The translations under genes were made by a program, and so were the position numbers. Shown in pieces: positions 1 to 12,409 of a DNA stretch of 64,000 nucleotides (within the stretch, counting starts at the first letter, position 1; the number at the start of each line of letters is the position of its first letter). Origin of the DNA: Octopus sinensis (Eukaryota); contig NC_042997.1 of the NCBI RefSeq assembly GCF_006345805.1, positions 125,612,001 through 125,676,000 of the forward strand, read 5' to 3'. The notes under the pieces were generated by a model, which worked only from the letters and a program-made list of their open reading frames with translations, had not been told where the DNA came from and did not search any database.

Positions 1-226
1 TTTTACACCCTCCCTACCTTTATATCTCTCTCTCTTTCTCCCTCTCTCTCTCTCACCCTATTAATCACCCCTGCGAGAGATTTGAACTCACAACGTAGAA
101 GTACATAGACAAATACCACATGTGTTTTATCCACCGATTTACAAATTTACTTCATTCTTAGCTTGAAATCTTCAGAGCTTGGAGGTTGAGGAACATATCA
201 TGGTATGTGTGTTTAGAAAATTAAAT

Positions 227-629
227 AGTGACTGTGTGGTAAGTAGCTTGCTTACCAACCACATGGTTCCGGGTTCAGTCTCACTGCGTGGCATATTGGG
301 CAAGTGTCTTCTACTGTAGCCTCGGGTCACCAAAGCCTTGTGAGTGGATTTGGTAGACGGAAACTGAAAGAAGCCCGTCGTATATATGTATATATGTGTG
401 TGTGTATCTGTGTGTGTCTGTGTTTGTCCCCCCCCCCCCAACATCGCTTGACAACCTATGCTGGTGTGTTTGCGTCCCCGTAACTTAGTGGTTCGGCAAA
501 AGAGACCGATAGAATAAGTACTAGGTTTACAAAGAATAAGTCCTGAGGTCGATTTGCTCGACTAAATACGGTGCTCCAGCATGGCCGCAGTCAACTGACT
601 GAAATAAGTAAAGGACTAAAAGACTAAAG
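227..629 (+). mobile_element. tRNA-derived SINE, family A (near full length)
   Basis: A-box-like (G)TGACTGTGTGG and B-box-like GGTTCAGTCTC head, CORE-like (C)ATATTGGGCAAGTGTC, internal (TA)(TG) tract, 3' body and TAAAAGA-type tail; aligns by eye to about 20 other copies here. Confidence 0.9.
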
Positions 630-662
630 TGAGACGTTTTCTCAACAAGGCCTCCCAATACT

Positions 663-862
663 GATTACAAATTTTGACACAAGGCCAGCAATTTTCAGAA
701 TAGGGATAACTCCATTACTCCAGTTCACAACTGGTACTTATTTTATCGACCCCGAAAAAATGAAAAGTAAAATGAACCTCGGTGATATTTGAACTTAGAA
801 CGTAAAGATAGCTGAAATGCCGCTACGCATTTTGACCGGCGATTTTGCCAGCTCGACGTCTT
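663..862 (-). mobile_element. tRNA-derived SINE, family G (diverged)
   Basis: Reverse complement has head GAGCTGGCAAAATCG, B-box-like AAGTTCAAAT and central TTTCGGGGTCGATAAAATAAGTACCAG; homologous to copies at 8081-8491 and 36686-37117. Confidence 0.85.
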
Positions 863-959
863 ACATAGGCCTTTGAATACTAAGATAGGAATTCTCAGTC
901 TTTTCGTTGTTCTTTATTGGTAATTAGGTTTGAAATTCTGATTTGAAATCTGCTGCATT

Positions 960-1440
960 GTAATTACCCTTCTATACGTCCAGAATCGATTAGCTGGAAC
1001 GACTGAGCTGACAACGTATAAAGCAGAAATAAATTGCTTCAAAATCCTTTTCAGAACCTGTTTTATCATTCCGGACAGTGTTCTTGAGAGAAAAATAGGA
1101 TTTCAAACCAGAAAAAAAATAAATAAAGAATTCTTTCCAGTGTTTGTATCATTAACAAAAATCTGGCATTACCAAATTGTAATAGATGTTGGAATTCCTG
1201 TATGATAAAATCACAAAATTGTTTTAACTGTGTTACACAAACTGCGTATATATGAAAATGTTTGAAAGCTTTTCGCAGTAAATGGTACAATATCAACTGG
1301 TAATAGATCAATAGTTGTTTGGAGACAGTTGTACACAATATATGTGCACCATGGCCAATGATAGCAATGGATCAACTCGATATGGTTGTTAATTGATTAC
1401 ATGAGTTATTCTGTCATTTTTGTTCTGTACCACCAAAAAT
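960..1440 (-). pseudogene. hAT-type transposase remnant
   Basis: Broken frames give LIHCYH and QHLLQFGNARFLLMIQTLERIL, resembling the hAT CxxH and TRW..S...LER motifs; stops and frameshifts present. Confidence 0.5.
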
Positions 1441-1554
1441 TGTGCAACAGTTGCCTCCACAAAATCTGAAAACTTATGTCCATCGATCCAACTTTATCAA
1501 TAACTGAAAGTCAGACATTAGTTAGGAAAACTCAGTATTTCGAGCATCTTCTTG

Positions 1555-1689
1555 CCTTGCATACCAACCACATGGTTCCGGGTTCAGTCCCACAGCGTGA
1601 TATCTTCGGCAAATGTCTTCTACTATTGCCTCGGGCCGACCAAAGCCTTTTGAGTGGATTTGGTAGGCAGAAACTGAAAGAAGCCCGTC

Positions 1690-1738
<49 letters not shown>

Positions 1739-2016
1739 TGTGTGTGTGTGTGTGTGTATGTGTGTGTGTGTGTGGTGTGTGTGTGTGTGTGTGTGTGTGT
1801 ATGTTTGTGTGTGTCTGTGTTTGTCCCCCCAGCATCGCTTGACAACCGATGCTGATGTGTTTACGTTCCCGTAACTTAGAGGTTCGGCAAAAGAGACCGA
1901 TAGAATAAGTACTAGGCTTACAAAGAATAAGTCCTGGGGTCGATTTGCTCGACTAAAGACGGTGCACCAGCATGGCCACAGTCAAATGACTGAAACAAAT
2001 AAAAGAATAAAAGAAT
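1555..2016 (+). mobile_element. SINE family A (5'-truncated, expanded internal microsatellite)
   Basis: Same body and tail as other A copies; starts inside the tRNA-like head. Confidence 0.9.
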
Positions 2017-3392
2017 ATTGCTGTTGACCAGGAATAATGCAGAGTATCATTTTGGCAACTTTTCTTTCGAGGCATCCATAGTAATTTACTCCTGTTATGT
2101 TTTTCGCAAACTCAGATTTAACCATTAGTGCAATTATATGCAAAATGACGACAACGACTTCACATTTTCTCCGCTAGAGATGAAACTTATACCCAAAATG
2201 CTTTGAGACGAATTTTAGTAAACAGCTGGATGTTCTGAAACTCTAGTTATGAGAAACAGTATGAAAAACAAAGGTTTTTCTTTACTAGTAATGAGAAGCT
2301 TCTATCAAGTTATTTCTGACTTTTAAAAAAGTATCTAATCGTGATAAAATAGCAATGACATTCGTTTTATACCTTTTTGATAGCAAAAAAGAATTCATTC
2401 ACCTGCTTCTATGCGCTCTGCAAAACAGTATTTCCATTTTACGGTCCTCACAAGTTTTCTTGTGAAAGGTTGAACCTTCTTAAATTTTTTCCTTATAAAA
2501 ACACTCTTTTCGATATTTTAAAAATAAATCAAAACATTTTTGATGAATTAATATCAGAGATAAAGTGAAGTATAAAATATGAAATATCACAATCGGGTTA
2601 TGCACTGGCATGTAAAACTGCAACGCCATGACTCCAGAACAAATGTACAGAAATTTACGTTGAAAGAAAAATATGTAGCTCACGTCGGTAATGAAATATG
2701 GTACATTAAATTGTCTCTGAAGCAACGAAAAAAGTCTATTGTTACTCAATTCAAAAGTCCGTGCTTACAGCATGTGCGTGCAAGGCAAAAGAAAATCAAT
2801 TGTGATTATTAACAGAAGAGCAAGTATATGTTTCTATAAATGAGTTTAGTTGTCGAAAATCCAACAGTTTTGTGTAACTATCTTAGCTTAGTTGAGATAA
2901 AATGAAAGAAAGACAAAAATACCGAAAGAGTTAGAAAAGATATATCGGTTAGTTCTTGACGTTGACATGTCGGAGCTTCTCAAGCAGCTTTGATAAGTTG
3001 TCGCTGGACGAGCTGAATCGCCCAATTTCTTGCAATTTCCTTATTTCAACAGCTTTTAACGTGAGAACAGGACCTATCAGAGAATTATATCGTCTCTCGC
3101 AGCCCGAGAAAAATCCTTGTCACTTGGCTTAATAGAAGTTATCTGGTTTTCAATTACCATCAATTTTTTACGTCGGAATAATACCGAAAATTTGGTGTTT
3201 GCGTTTAACTGAAGCAATATGCTTTAGTTTAAATTCCTGGTCAGGTTTCTCTTAGTGATTTTTCTGTCAACAAAGATGAAAATCATAAAAGGCAGCATTT
3301 TTCCAGATTTCTGGAGAATTAGGGCAGAATTTCAAATTCACCACGTCCCTAAACAAAGACAATACTGGTCAAGTCGAAATGTATGGTAAAAC

Positions 3393-3439
<47 letters not shown>

Positions 3440-3468
3440 CTTAGGATCCTATCTGAGGTTCATATATA

Positions 3469-3504
<36 letters not shown>

Positions 3505-3507
3505 TAC

Positions 3508-3539
<32 letters not shown>

Positions 3540-3543
3540 ATAT

Positions 3544-3578
<35 letters not shown>

Positions 3579-3650
3579 GCATGTATGTATATATACATAT
3601 TTATATATTAAGATCCTATCTGAGGCTTATAATATATATATATATATATA

Positions 3651-3893
3651 AAGATCCTCTCTGAGGCTCGGCTCATAGGGCCGGCTTCCAGGTTTCCATG
3701 GCGTATATATTCCCCACTGGACGGAGACGTCAGTCCGTCTCAGGATTACACATTTTTCCGAGCTATGTAGACTAGGGCAACAGGAAATGAAGTTTCTTGC
3801 TCAAGAGCACAACGCGTCGCCCTGTCCGGGAATCGAAACCACAATGTTACGATCATCTGCCCCATAACCTCACTACTAAGCCAATGCGCCTCC
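3651..3893 (-). mobile_element. tRNA-derived SINE, family E
   Basis: Reverse complement: GGAGGCGCATTGGCTTAGTAGTGAGG head, GGTTTCGATTCCC B box, CORE-like TTGTGCTCTTGAGCAAGAAACTTCATTTC; shares head and central domain with family D at 44746-45012. Confidence 0.8.
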
Positions 3894-4224
3894 AAGCAAA
3901 CACACACACACACACACATACATACATACACACACAAACACGCACACACAAACACACACAAACACACAAACACACGCGCACATATATACACACACACATA
4001 CAAGCACTCACATATACTCATATGCTTACGTGTGTCTGTGTATGCATTTTATGCGTGTCTGTATGTGTGTGTCTCTGTAATTGTTCTGCACTGCCGACCG
4101 GTGTTGGTTTGTTTTCCTCCCTCTAAAAGCCAACGGTGGGAAGTAACATATTTTAAAAGACTAAGTACTTGAGTCACTCAACCCCTTCAAGGCGGCGTAA
4201 AAGTCAGGTAGAAGATAAAAGATA

Positions 4225-4258
<34 letters not shown>

Positions 4259-4325
4259 TGTGTGTCTGTAAATATTTGCATTGCATATGTACATATCCAT
4301 GTCTATATATATGTATATATATATA

Positions 4326-4476
4326 TACGACGGGCTTCTTACAGTTTCCGTCTACTAAATCCAATCTTTGGTCAGCCTGAGGCAATAGTAGAAGTCACTT
4401 GCTCAAGGTGCCATGCAATGAGACCGAACCCGGAACCATGTGGTTGGTAAGCAAGCCACTTACTAAACAGCCGCGC
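4326..4476 (-). mobile_element. SINE family A, 5' half
   Basis: Head to internal microsatellite only; 3' body absent. Confidence 0.8.
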
Positions 4477-4632
4477 TAGCGCTACACACACACACATGCA
4501 CACACACACACATACACACACGCACACTTATGTATGTATGTATGTATATATATATATATATGTAGATATTGTATATATACATGTGAATACATATGTATAA
4601 GTATACATTTATATTATGCATATATATATGCT

Positions 4633-4666
<34 letters not shown>

Positions 4667-4667
4667 G

Positions 4668-4721
<54 letters not shown>

Positions 4722-4745
4722 ATAATATAATATATATATATATAT

Positions 4746-4930
4746 AACGGGAAGCTTACGAAAATAAACAAAAGACGAAGGCAGGTGGAGTACAAACAAC
4801 AATTGTATTAGTATGGCGCTCAGGAATAGAAATAAAACAAGTCTTTTACGTTTCGAGCCTACGCTCTTCAACAGAAAGATACACAGAAAAGAAACACGGA
4901 GAGAAACAAGGAGAGAGAAAAAAGGAGAGA
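4746..4930 (-). mobile_element. Family B: Penelope-like terminal repeat with hammerhead-like motif (4843-4878)
   Basis: Reverse complement CTTT-CTGTTGAA-GAGC-GTAG-GCTC-GAAAC-GTA-AAAG; homologous to 21405-21610, 32140-32285 and a fragment at 12035-12093. Minimal HHRs with palindromic ACGU are an established feature of Penelope-like elements. Confidence 0.65.
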
Positions 4931-4992
4931 AAAAAATATATATATATATACTATATATAAAAATTCATATGTATATGTATACATCTATATTA

Positions 4993-5036
<44 letters not shown>

Positions 5037-5128
5037 TATATATAAAAATATATATGTATATGCATACATATATACACATATATATACATATATATAGGTG
5101 CAAATTAACATACATATACATATATATA

Positions 5129-5326
5129 GGAGTGGCTGTATGGTAAGTAGCTTGCTTACGAACCACTTGGTTCCGGGTTCAGTCCCACTGCATGGCACCT
5201 TGGGAAAGAGTCTTCTACTATAGCCTCGGGCCGAACAAAGCCTTGTGAGTGGATTTGGTAGACGGAAACAGAAAGGATCCCGCCGTATATATATGTGTGT
5301 GTGTGTGTGTATGTGTGTGTGTGTTG

Positions 5327-5362
<36 letters not shown>

Positions 5363-5557
5363 CTGTGTTTGTTTGTGTGTCTGTGTTTATTTGGTGGTGT
5401 GTTTACGTCCCCGTAACTTAGCGGTTTCGCAAATGAGACCGATAGAATAAGTACTAGGCTTTCAAAGAATAAGTCCTGGGATCGATTTGCTCGACGAAAG
5501 GTCGTGCTCCAGCACGGCTATAGTCAAATGACTGAAACAAGTAAAAGAGTAAAGAGT
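5129..5557 (+). mobile_element. SINE family A (full length)
   Basis: GGAGTGGCTGTATGGTAAG head through GTAAAAGAGTAAAGAG tail. Confidence 0.92.
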
Positions 5558-5575
5558 ATATATACACGAACGCAC

Positions 5576-5606
<31 letters not shown>

Positions 5607-6111
5607 CTATATATTATAATATATATAATATATATATATATTTATATTTATATATATACATTTATATAATATATATATATAATAATATATATATATATAT
5701 ATATATATTATTATTTATATATATATATATATATAATATTACATATATATATATATGTGCGTTCGTGTATACTTGTATGAATAAACAATATTTTTATCAT
5801 CACTACTACTACTAATATTACTACAACCACCACTACTACTATCACCACTACTAATATTATTATTACTACTTCAAGTGCAGTTATTATTATTATCACCATC
5901 ATCATCATCAGCATCATCATTATTTAAACAAATCAGAAATGCCTCTGTTAAACTGGAATCTCGCTGAAGGGCTTGATTAGACTCCCAAGAGATGTTACAT
6001 CTCTTTTACTAACCAAAACTTATATACATACATACATACATACATACATACATACATGCATACATGCATCATACATACATACATACATACATACATACAT
6101 ACATACATACA

Positions 6112-6145
<34 letters not shown>

Positions 6146-6156
6146 CTACATACATA

Positions 6157-6590
6157 TCTCAAGTGTAAATATAACAGGACGGATATTGTTGTTTAGGATA
6201 AACAAGAAAAAAGTATGTACCGTCCTAGAGGTCAGATGTCTTGCTGATTTGAATATCTCTTTGAAAATCAAAAAGAAAGAGGATAATTATGGATAACCGC
6301 TGTGAAACCCGCAGCTTCTGTATCCAGATTAGGAATTTACATTTATACCAATAGTACCTGCTGCACTTGGTTTTTCTGAGTAAATGCCTAAGCGACAACA
6401 TGCATAAGCTTGGGTTTTCAGAAAAAGAAATGAACCGATTCGGACATTACAAATATAATCTGAAAGTGGTACAGTAAAAATATGCAAGAATTTTCTCAAG
6501 TTAAAAAAGTGACTATTTTTGTAACACCGATAGAATTTCGTATTGTTGTTAGAAACGAGCTCCTTTCTCACAGGAAAAAGCTAAATAATT
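6157..6590 (+). mobile_element. RLE (R4/Dong-like) non-LTR retrotransposon 3' fragment, family C
   Basis: Broken translation KCKYNRTDIVV*DKQEKKVCTVLEV...LKIKKKEDNY...QLLYPD*EFTFIPIVPAALG carries the RPD..D/E..K.KY restriction-like endonuclease pattern; the 5' end abuts a (TACA)n array. Confidence 0.8.
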
Positions 6591-6775
6591 AAATAATTAA
6601 TAGCTACTGGCTTTGCTACAGCTGACAAAAGTACTTAGATACGGCAGCTGAGAGACTCACGAAGATTTGATCTCAACCCTCACACTTGTAAGCAAAAGGA
6701 GACTGGTTATCTCCGATGTTATAAACATTTCAGGGGCCATATTACAAGATATTTGTTTGTGCTTCCTCTCTTTCT

Positions 6776-6985
6776 CTCTTACTTGTTTCAGTCATTTGAC
6801 TGCGGCCATGCTGGAGTACCACCTTTAGACGAGCAAATCAACCCCAGGACTTATTCTTTGTAAGCCCAATACTTATTCTATCGGTCTTTTTTGCCGAACC
6901 GCTAAGTTATGGGGACGTAAACACACCAGCATCGGTTGTCAAGCGATGTTGGGAGACAAACACAGACACACAAACATACCAACAT

Positions 6986-7022
<37 letters not shown>

Positions 7023-7183
7023 CGACGGGCTTCTTTCAGTTTCCGTCTACACAATCCACTCACAAGGCTTTGGTCGGCTCGAAACTATAGTAGACGACAC
7101 TTGCCCAAGCCGCCACGAAGTAGGACTGCACCCGGAACCATGTGGTTGATAAGCAAGCTATTTACCACACAGCCACTCCTGCG
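6776..7183 (-). mobile_element. SINE family A (full length)
   Basis: Reverse-complement match to the A consensus from head to tail. Confidence 0.92.
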
Positions 7184-8080
7184 TTTATTTTAATCCATTA
7201 ACTCATTGTCATTTCTTTTAGGCAATCCGCTGGTTATGTCCGAGGGCCTACAGCAGCAAGAGACACTAATGTAACCCATAATTTCTTACTGGATAATCAA
7301 CGCACACAAAAAAAGATAATTTATTTTACGAACATATTTTTTATGATGCAATGAGTTTCGATCAATAGAACATAAATCTATGAATTATAGGTCTATGAAG
7401 CATTGAATTAAACAAAAATGCTCGAAATATTTACAATAATGACTAAAAACTTGATTTAGTCACATTTTCTAATATACGGATGGAATTTAGTTAAAATACA
7501 TGTCCATTATTAACGTGAAAGAACTATTCCCGAAATCTAAAACTTTTGCATTATTGATATCTTTCTATTTCGACTGCTCCACACAATGGGTGCTACATAT
7601 ACTTTTGCATCGATAAAACTATAATCAAATATGCTACGAACGGAGAGAAAGTAGCCAAAGCATATTCGACAAAAGGAAAATATGACAGCCGGAGCTTTTC
7701 TCGAACAATAATTTTCTCTAAAAATACTACAAATAACGTTCGGGATGCTTAGGTGCAGAGTAAACCCGAAAGGTTCTAACATTAGCGGCAGACTTCCACA
7801 GAAATGAGTCATGGCAGTCTCATTACTTAGAAGAAGAGAGTGACTGCTGACACCTTTTGAATGCAGTTTGACATTAGACAGCTTTTTCTAAATGGCCTCA
7901 AAAGGAAATTACATCAACCGAGTATTTAAAAAGGAAGTGTATAACATCCTGCTGTTCGATAGTGTGCACTTTAGAAAGCACTTGCTTACTGATGACCACC
8001 CACGTTACCTCGGCAGTGCAGGTCTAGCATACCTAGAAATACGCTGATTACCACACATATGCTATAAACAGGAGAATGAT

Positions 8081-8491
8081 ATTGGTTTCAAATTTTGGCA
8101 TAAGGCCAGCAAGTTTAAGGGAGAAGTAAATAGATTACACCGACCTCAGTGTTCAACTGGTATTTATTTAATCGACTCCGAAAATATGAAAGGCAAAGTC
8201 AACCTCGGCGGAATTTGAACTCAGAACGTAAAGACGGACGAAATGCCGCTAAGTTTTCTGCCCGGCGTGCTACGATTCTTTTCTACTCTAGGCACAAGGC
8301 TCGAAATTTTGGGGGAGAGGTCCAGTCGATTATATCAACCCCAGTACGCAAGTGGAACTTAATTTATCGACCCCGAAAGGATGAAAGGCAAAGTCGACCT
8401 TGGCGGAATTTGAACTCAGAACGTAAAGACGGATGAAATGCCGCTAAGTATTCTGCCAGGTGTGCTGACGATTCTGCCAGCTCGCAGCCTT
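8081..8491 (-). mobile_element. SINE family G tandem dimer (junction about 8279)
   Basis: Two head-to-tail units with B box GAGTTCAAATTCC and CTTTGCCTTTCAT...GTCGATAAA domain; the downstream unit lacks the first ~16 nt; the two units have different tails. Confidence 0.9.
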
Positions 8492-8599
8492 CCAGGAGGA
8501 TAATATTAATCTGAAGTGTAGCCTCTTTTGGACTTGAGTGCACTATTTTACATCACATCTCTAAGATTACGCTTTCACAATCCAAAAGCAGTAGTTAAC

Positions 8600-9240
8600 A
8601 ACACAATATCTCATGAACAAACAAGACAGTAAAGCCCCTTAATTCCCAAGATGCAACCATATATCTCGATTATGTCACTTTTCAGTAGGCATAACACTTG
8701 CAATATAAGGTATTGTTACTGAAACAATATATGATGTTATCTGCAGAAAAGACTTCCTTAGAATAACTATAAACAACAAGTCTGTTATTGAATACATACA
8801 TATCAATACATGGTGGGACATTTCCATTAAATCTTCTACGAAGTGCAAATATAACAGACCCGACATAGTTATTTGAGACGATGGAGAAAAATCATGTATA
8901 GTCATAGACTATATGAACAGCGCCTCTAAAATCGTTGAAAAGAAGAACATTTATGGACAACGTCTCCGAAACCTGCATTTCCTTTACCTTGATTATATAT
9001 TCACTTTAATACAAATTATTTTTAATGCATTTGGTTATGTTCGTAAATGACTAAGAGACAATCTTACAAATCTTGGATTTCCAAGCAATGAAATAACATG
9101 AGCTTTACAAATATAATCTGTTAGTGGAACAGCAAAGATATGCGAGACTTCTCTAAAGTTCAACATGTACCACTTATCTCTCTGTGGTTATCAAAATTCT
9201 AAGGATGGAGTTCTGTTTCTTATAGGAAGAATTCTAATAA
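8600..9240 (+). mobile_element. RLE retrotransposon family C, degenerate 3' part
   Basis: Translation WWDISIKSSTKCKYNRPDIVI*DDGEKSCIVID...LRNLHFLYLDYIFT...LGFPSNEIT*ALQI*SVSGTAKICETSLKF parallels the copies at 6157 and 55510. Confidence 0.75.
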
Positions 9241-10099
9241 ATATATGAATGAATAAGTGAATAAATAAATCACGAACGTATATACATATGAATACATACA
9301 TGAAGATGTATGTAAATAGATATCAGTGTAAGTACACTACTAACACGAATCATTCATGAACATATTCAGTGGTATAAGATAAAAGGTATCAAAAGTAGAG
9401 GCAGCAGCAATAACCGAGTATATATAAGCAGAGAGCTAGAGAACCAATGTTGCAGAACGCAAACCGAAACTTGCAACTGAATCTAAATGTTGGCTTCAGA
9501 AATAGATATTTCACGTCTCAATATTTGGTCAGTTCTATTTGTATTCACTTTTCAAGTTTGCAATCAAAGAGAACCGGTGTGCTCTGGATGATAATTTCTA
9601 TTTCGTATTATTACATAGCGGTTTCAATATTAGAGTGAAGAGATTTTTTTTTTTTAATTAATTTAGTTTAAAGGAAAATTGGTCTATGGACTATGATCAT
9701 AAATATTAATTCCTTTACTTATTTTATATCACACATTATGAACAGCAGTGTCGTTGCTTATAGATCTTCAACGGGCCAATCACTGGTTCACTGAGGCGAG
9801 AGTAACAAGGAATAATCTATGCCGCTCGGGTGGAACAAATACCACGTGGTATTTAGGGTTTCCGGAGGGAATAGGGACCAATATTCAATAAAGTTTGATG
9901 TCCAGTAGATTCTATATAATGTATAGAATTGTAGTTTCTTTATAATTTAAGCTATGTCATTCGATAAGATTTATTGACTGTTATAAATTTAATTAAATAT
10001 AAATAGTTCGTTTCTTCATTTGTGCAAATATATCATTTATAGTTACCTTTGACTTATTCTTATTTTCTATTCACCGAATTCTGAAAGTATTATGATTAT

Positions 10100-10380
10100 C
10101 AAAAACAAAAGTAAAAAAGAGGATGTGACCGTTCATATATTCAATATGGATTCACATCTAACATCATGAAAGGAGATGAAAAACCGCAAAGTGGTGTCTG
10201 TAACAAAGCACTGCTAAACGATTCAATGAAGCCAACGAAGTTAAAGCACCATTATCAGGATGTTCATGCTCAACACAAGGTCAAGGATAAAAGGTTGTTT
10301 TTTTTTTGTTTTTTGGAAATTCATCGGAATGCTCTGGAAAAAAGGATTTCCAGGCGATTAAACTCGTTGTTGGTTTTCTT
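10100..10380 (+). pseudogene. hAT (Charlie/Buster-type) transposase N-terminal remnant
   Basis: YIQYGFTSNIMKGDEKPQSGVCNKALLNDSMKPTKLKHH matches the recalled YGF...PQCV.C.K.L.N.SMKP.KL.RH BED-finger start of Charlie/Buster transposases. Confidence 0.75.
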
Positions 10381-10576
10381 GTAGGAAAAAATTCAAAATG
10401 TGCAACCATTGAACTCTCGTCAAGTATTGGCCGTGTTTGAAAAATATGAATATGTGCACATAACTGCACCATTCTGGTCACGAACGAAATGGGTGTTATC
10501 AATAATTGTTTCTATGTTTGAGGAGAGATATCAAGTGTTACGTTATATGTGTGAATGCTTCTCTGTCTCTCTCCCC

Positions 10577-10642
<66 letters not shown>

Positions 10643-10752
10643 ATATATATATATATATATATAATATAATTCGAGACAAAACCACTATTTTGCAAAACAA
10701 ACAAGGAAAGACTTAATCAATACATAAAAATTTTAATATAAAGAAATAACCG

Positions 10753-10795
10753 CCACTACAATCGTTTCATGTCTTCATTGACATTCGTCAGGTGG
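10753..10795 (-). ncRNA. Minimal type-I hammerhead ribozyme motif (left arm)
   Basis: Reverse complement CCAC-CTGACGA-ATGTC-AATGAA-GACAT-GAAAC-GATT-GTA-GTGG: complete core, stems I, II and short III, GUA cleavage triplet. Confidence 0.8.
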
Positions 10796-10862
10796 ATTTT
10801 CGATCTCCTAATCTGTTTTAATTTAATTAAATTTAATTAAAACAGATTAGGAGATCGAAAAT

Positions 10863-10905
10863 CCACCTGACGAATGTCATTGAAGACATGAAACGATTGT
10901 AGTGG
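10863..10905 (+). ncRNA. Minimal type-I hammerhead ribozyme motif (right arm)
   Basis: CCAC(10863)-CTGACGA-ATGTC-ATTGAA-GACAT-GAAAC-GATT-GTA-GTGG(10905); predicted cleavage 3' of A10901. Confidence 0.8.
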
Positions 10906-11090
10906 CGGTTTATTTCTTTATATTAAAATTTTTTATGTATTGATTAAGTCTTTCCTTGTTTGTTTTGCAAAATAGTGGTTTTGTCTCGAATTATATTATA
11001 TAATATTTTACTATAAAATTGGATTTAATCCTAAATCTGATTTTTCCCTGTAAATTTGGATTTATTCCCTAATATTTATTATTATTATAT

Positions 11091-11122
<32 letters not shown>

Positions 11123-11140
11123 AATATATATATATATATA

Positions 11141-11519
11141 CTCTTTTACTCTTTTACTATTTTTTTTGTTTCAGTCATTTGACAGCAGCCATGCTGGAGC
11201 ACCGCCTTTAGTAGAGCAAATCGACCCCAAGACTTATTATTTGGAATCCTAGTACTTATTCTATCGGTCTCTTTTGTCGAACCGCTATGTTGGGGGGACA
11301 AGCACAGACACACAAGCATGTACACACATACATAAATAAACATATATACGACGGGCTTCTTTCAGTTTCCGTCTACCAAATCTACTCACAAGGCTTTGGT
11401 CTGCCCGAGACTATAGTAGAAGACATTTGCCCAAGGTGCCACGCACTGAGCACTGAGAATGAACCCAGAACCATGTGGTTGGTAAGCAAACTACTTACCA
11501 CACAGCCACTCCTGCGCCT
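11141..11519 (-). mobile_element. SINE family A (full length)
   Basis: Reverse complement starts TAGGCGCAGGAGTGGCTGTGTGG; tail of GTAAAAGA repeats. Confidence 0.92.
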
Positions 11520-11523
11520 ATGG

Positions 11524-11561
<38 letters not shown>

Positions 11562-11864
11562 AAATAGGAAAATGGAGAGGATAATCAAACGCAAGCATCA
11601 GCCTGTAGACATTCATTTAGATCTATTTATTAACTGATTACAGTCATATGTATAAGTAATCAAAATAAACAAATGAAATAAGCAAACATAAAAGTAAATA
11701 AACAGATAAATAAAAATAAATAAATGAATAAGAATAAATGAGTGAAGCAATACTAAACTCTTACAGCTGTCTCTATTATGGTGTTGCCCAATCTGCCAAG
11801 TTTTCCAATTCATACCAGTAATATACATGGATTGTATGAAGGTTGAACAAACATTATATATAAG

Positions 11865-12403
11865 CACAGGAGTCACAGTCTGGTAAGAAGCTTCTTTCCC
11901 AACCACATGGTTCCAGGTTCTGTCACACTACGTGGCAACTTGGACAAGTGTTTTCTAACATAGCCTCGGGCTGATCAAAGCCTTGTGAGTGGATTTGGTG
12001 GACGGAAACTGAAAGTAGCTGATCGTATATATATTGTTTACACACCCGTCTTCGTCTTTTGTTTTGTTTGGTTTTTTTTTGTAAATTCCAACTATATATA
12101 AATATATATATATGTGTGTGCGTATGTATGTATGTACGTATATATATATATGCATGTATGTATGTATGTATGTATGTATGTATGTATGTATGTATGTATG
12201 TATGTATGTATGTATACGTATGTATGTATTTAATTGTATGTCTGTGTTTGGCTTGTTTACAACACCTTAACTTAGCGGTTCGGCAAAAAAGACTGATAGA
12301 ATAAGTACTAGCCTTACAAAGAATAAGTCCTGGGGTCGATTTATTCGACTAAAGGCGGTGCTCCAGCATGGCTGCAGTCAAATGACTGAGACAAATAAAA
12401 GAA
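11865..12403 (+). mobile_element. SINE family A with a family B fragment (12035-12093) in its internal microsatellite
   Basis: A head and body flank a (TA)/(TATG) tract containing CACACCCGTCTTCGTCTTTTGTTTTG, which matches family B. Confidence 0.85.
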
Positions 12404-12409
12404 TATATG

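Larger units (their letters stand above)
10657..11003. repeat. Long near-perfect palindrome (arms ~167 bp), probable inverted Penelope-like terminal repeat
   Basis: 10657-10823 is the reverse complement of 10835-11003, with a few 1-nt indels in homopolymers and one substitution; AT-only spacer. Confidence 0.92.

Noticed and set aside
2950-3130. SGCERRYNSL on the minus strand as a hAT dimerisation motif
   Set aside because: Only a CER tripeptide matches; the surrounding residues do not fit.
5810-5925. Poly-Thr/His/Ile-like trinucleotide run as coding sequence
   Set aside because: Mixed (ACT)/(ATT)/(ATC)n microsatellite with stops in flanking frames.
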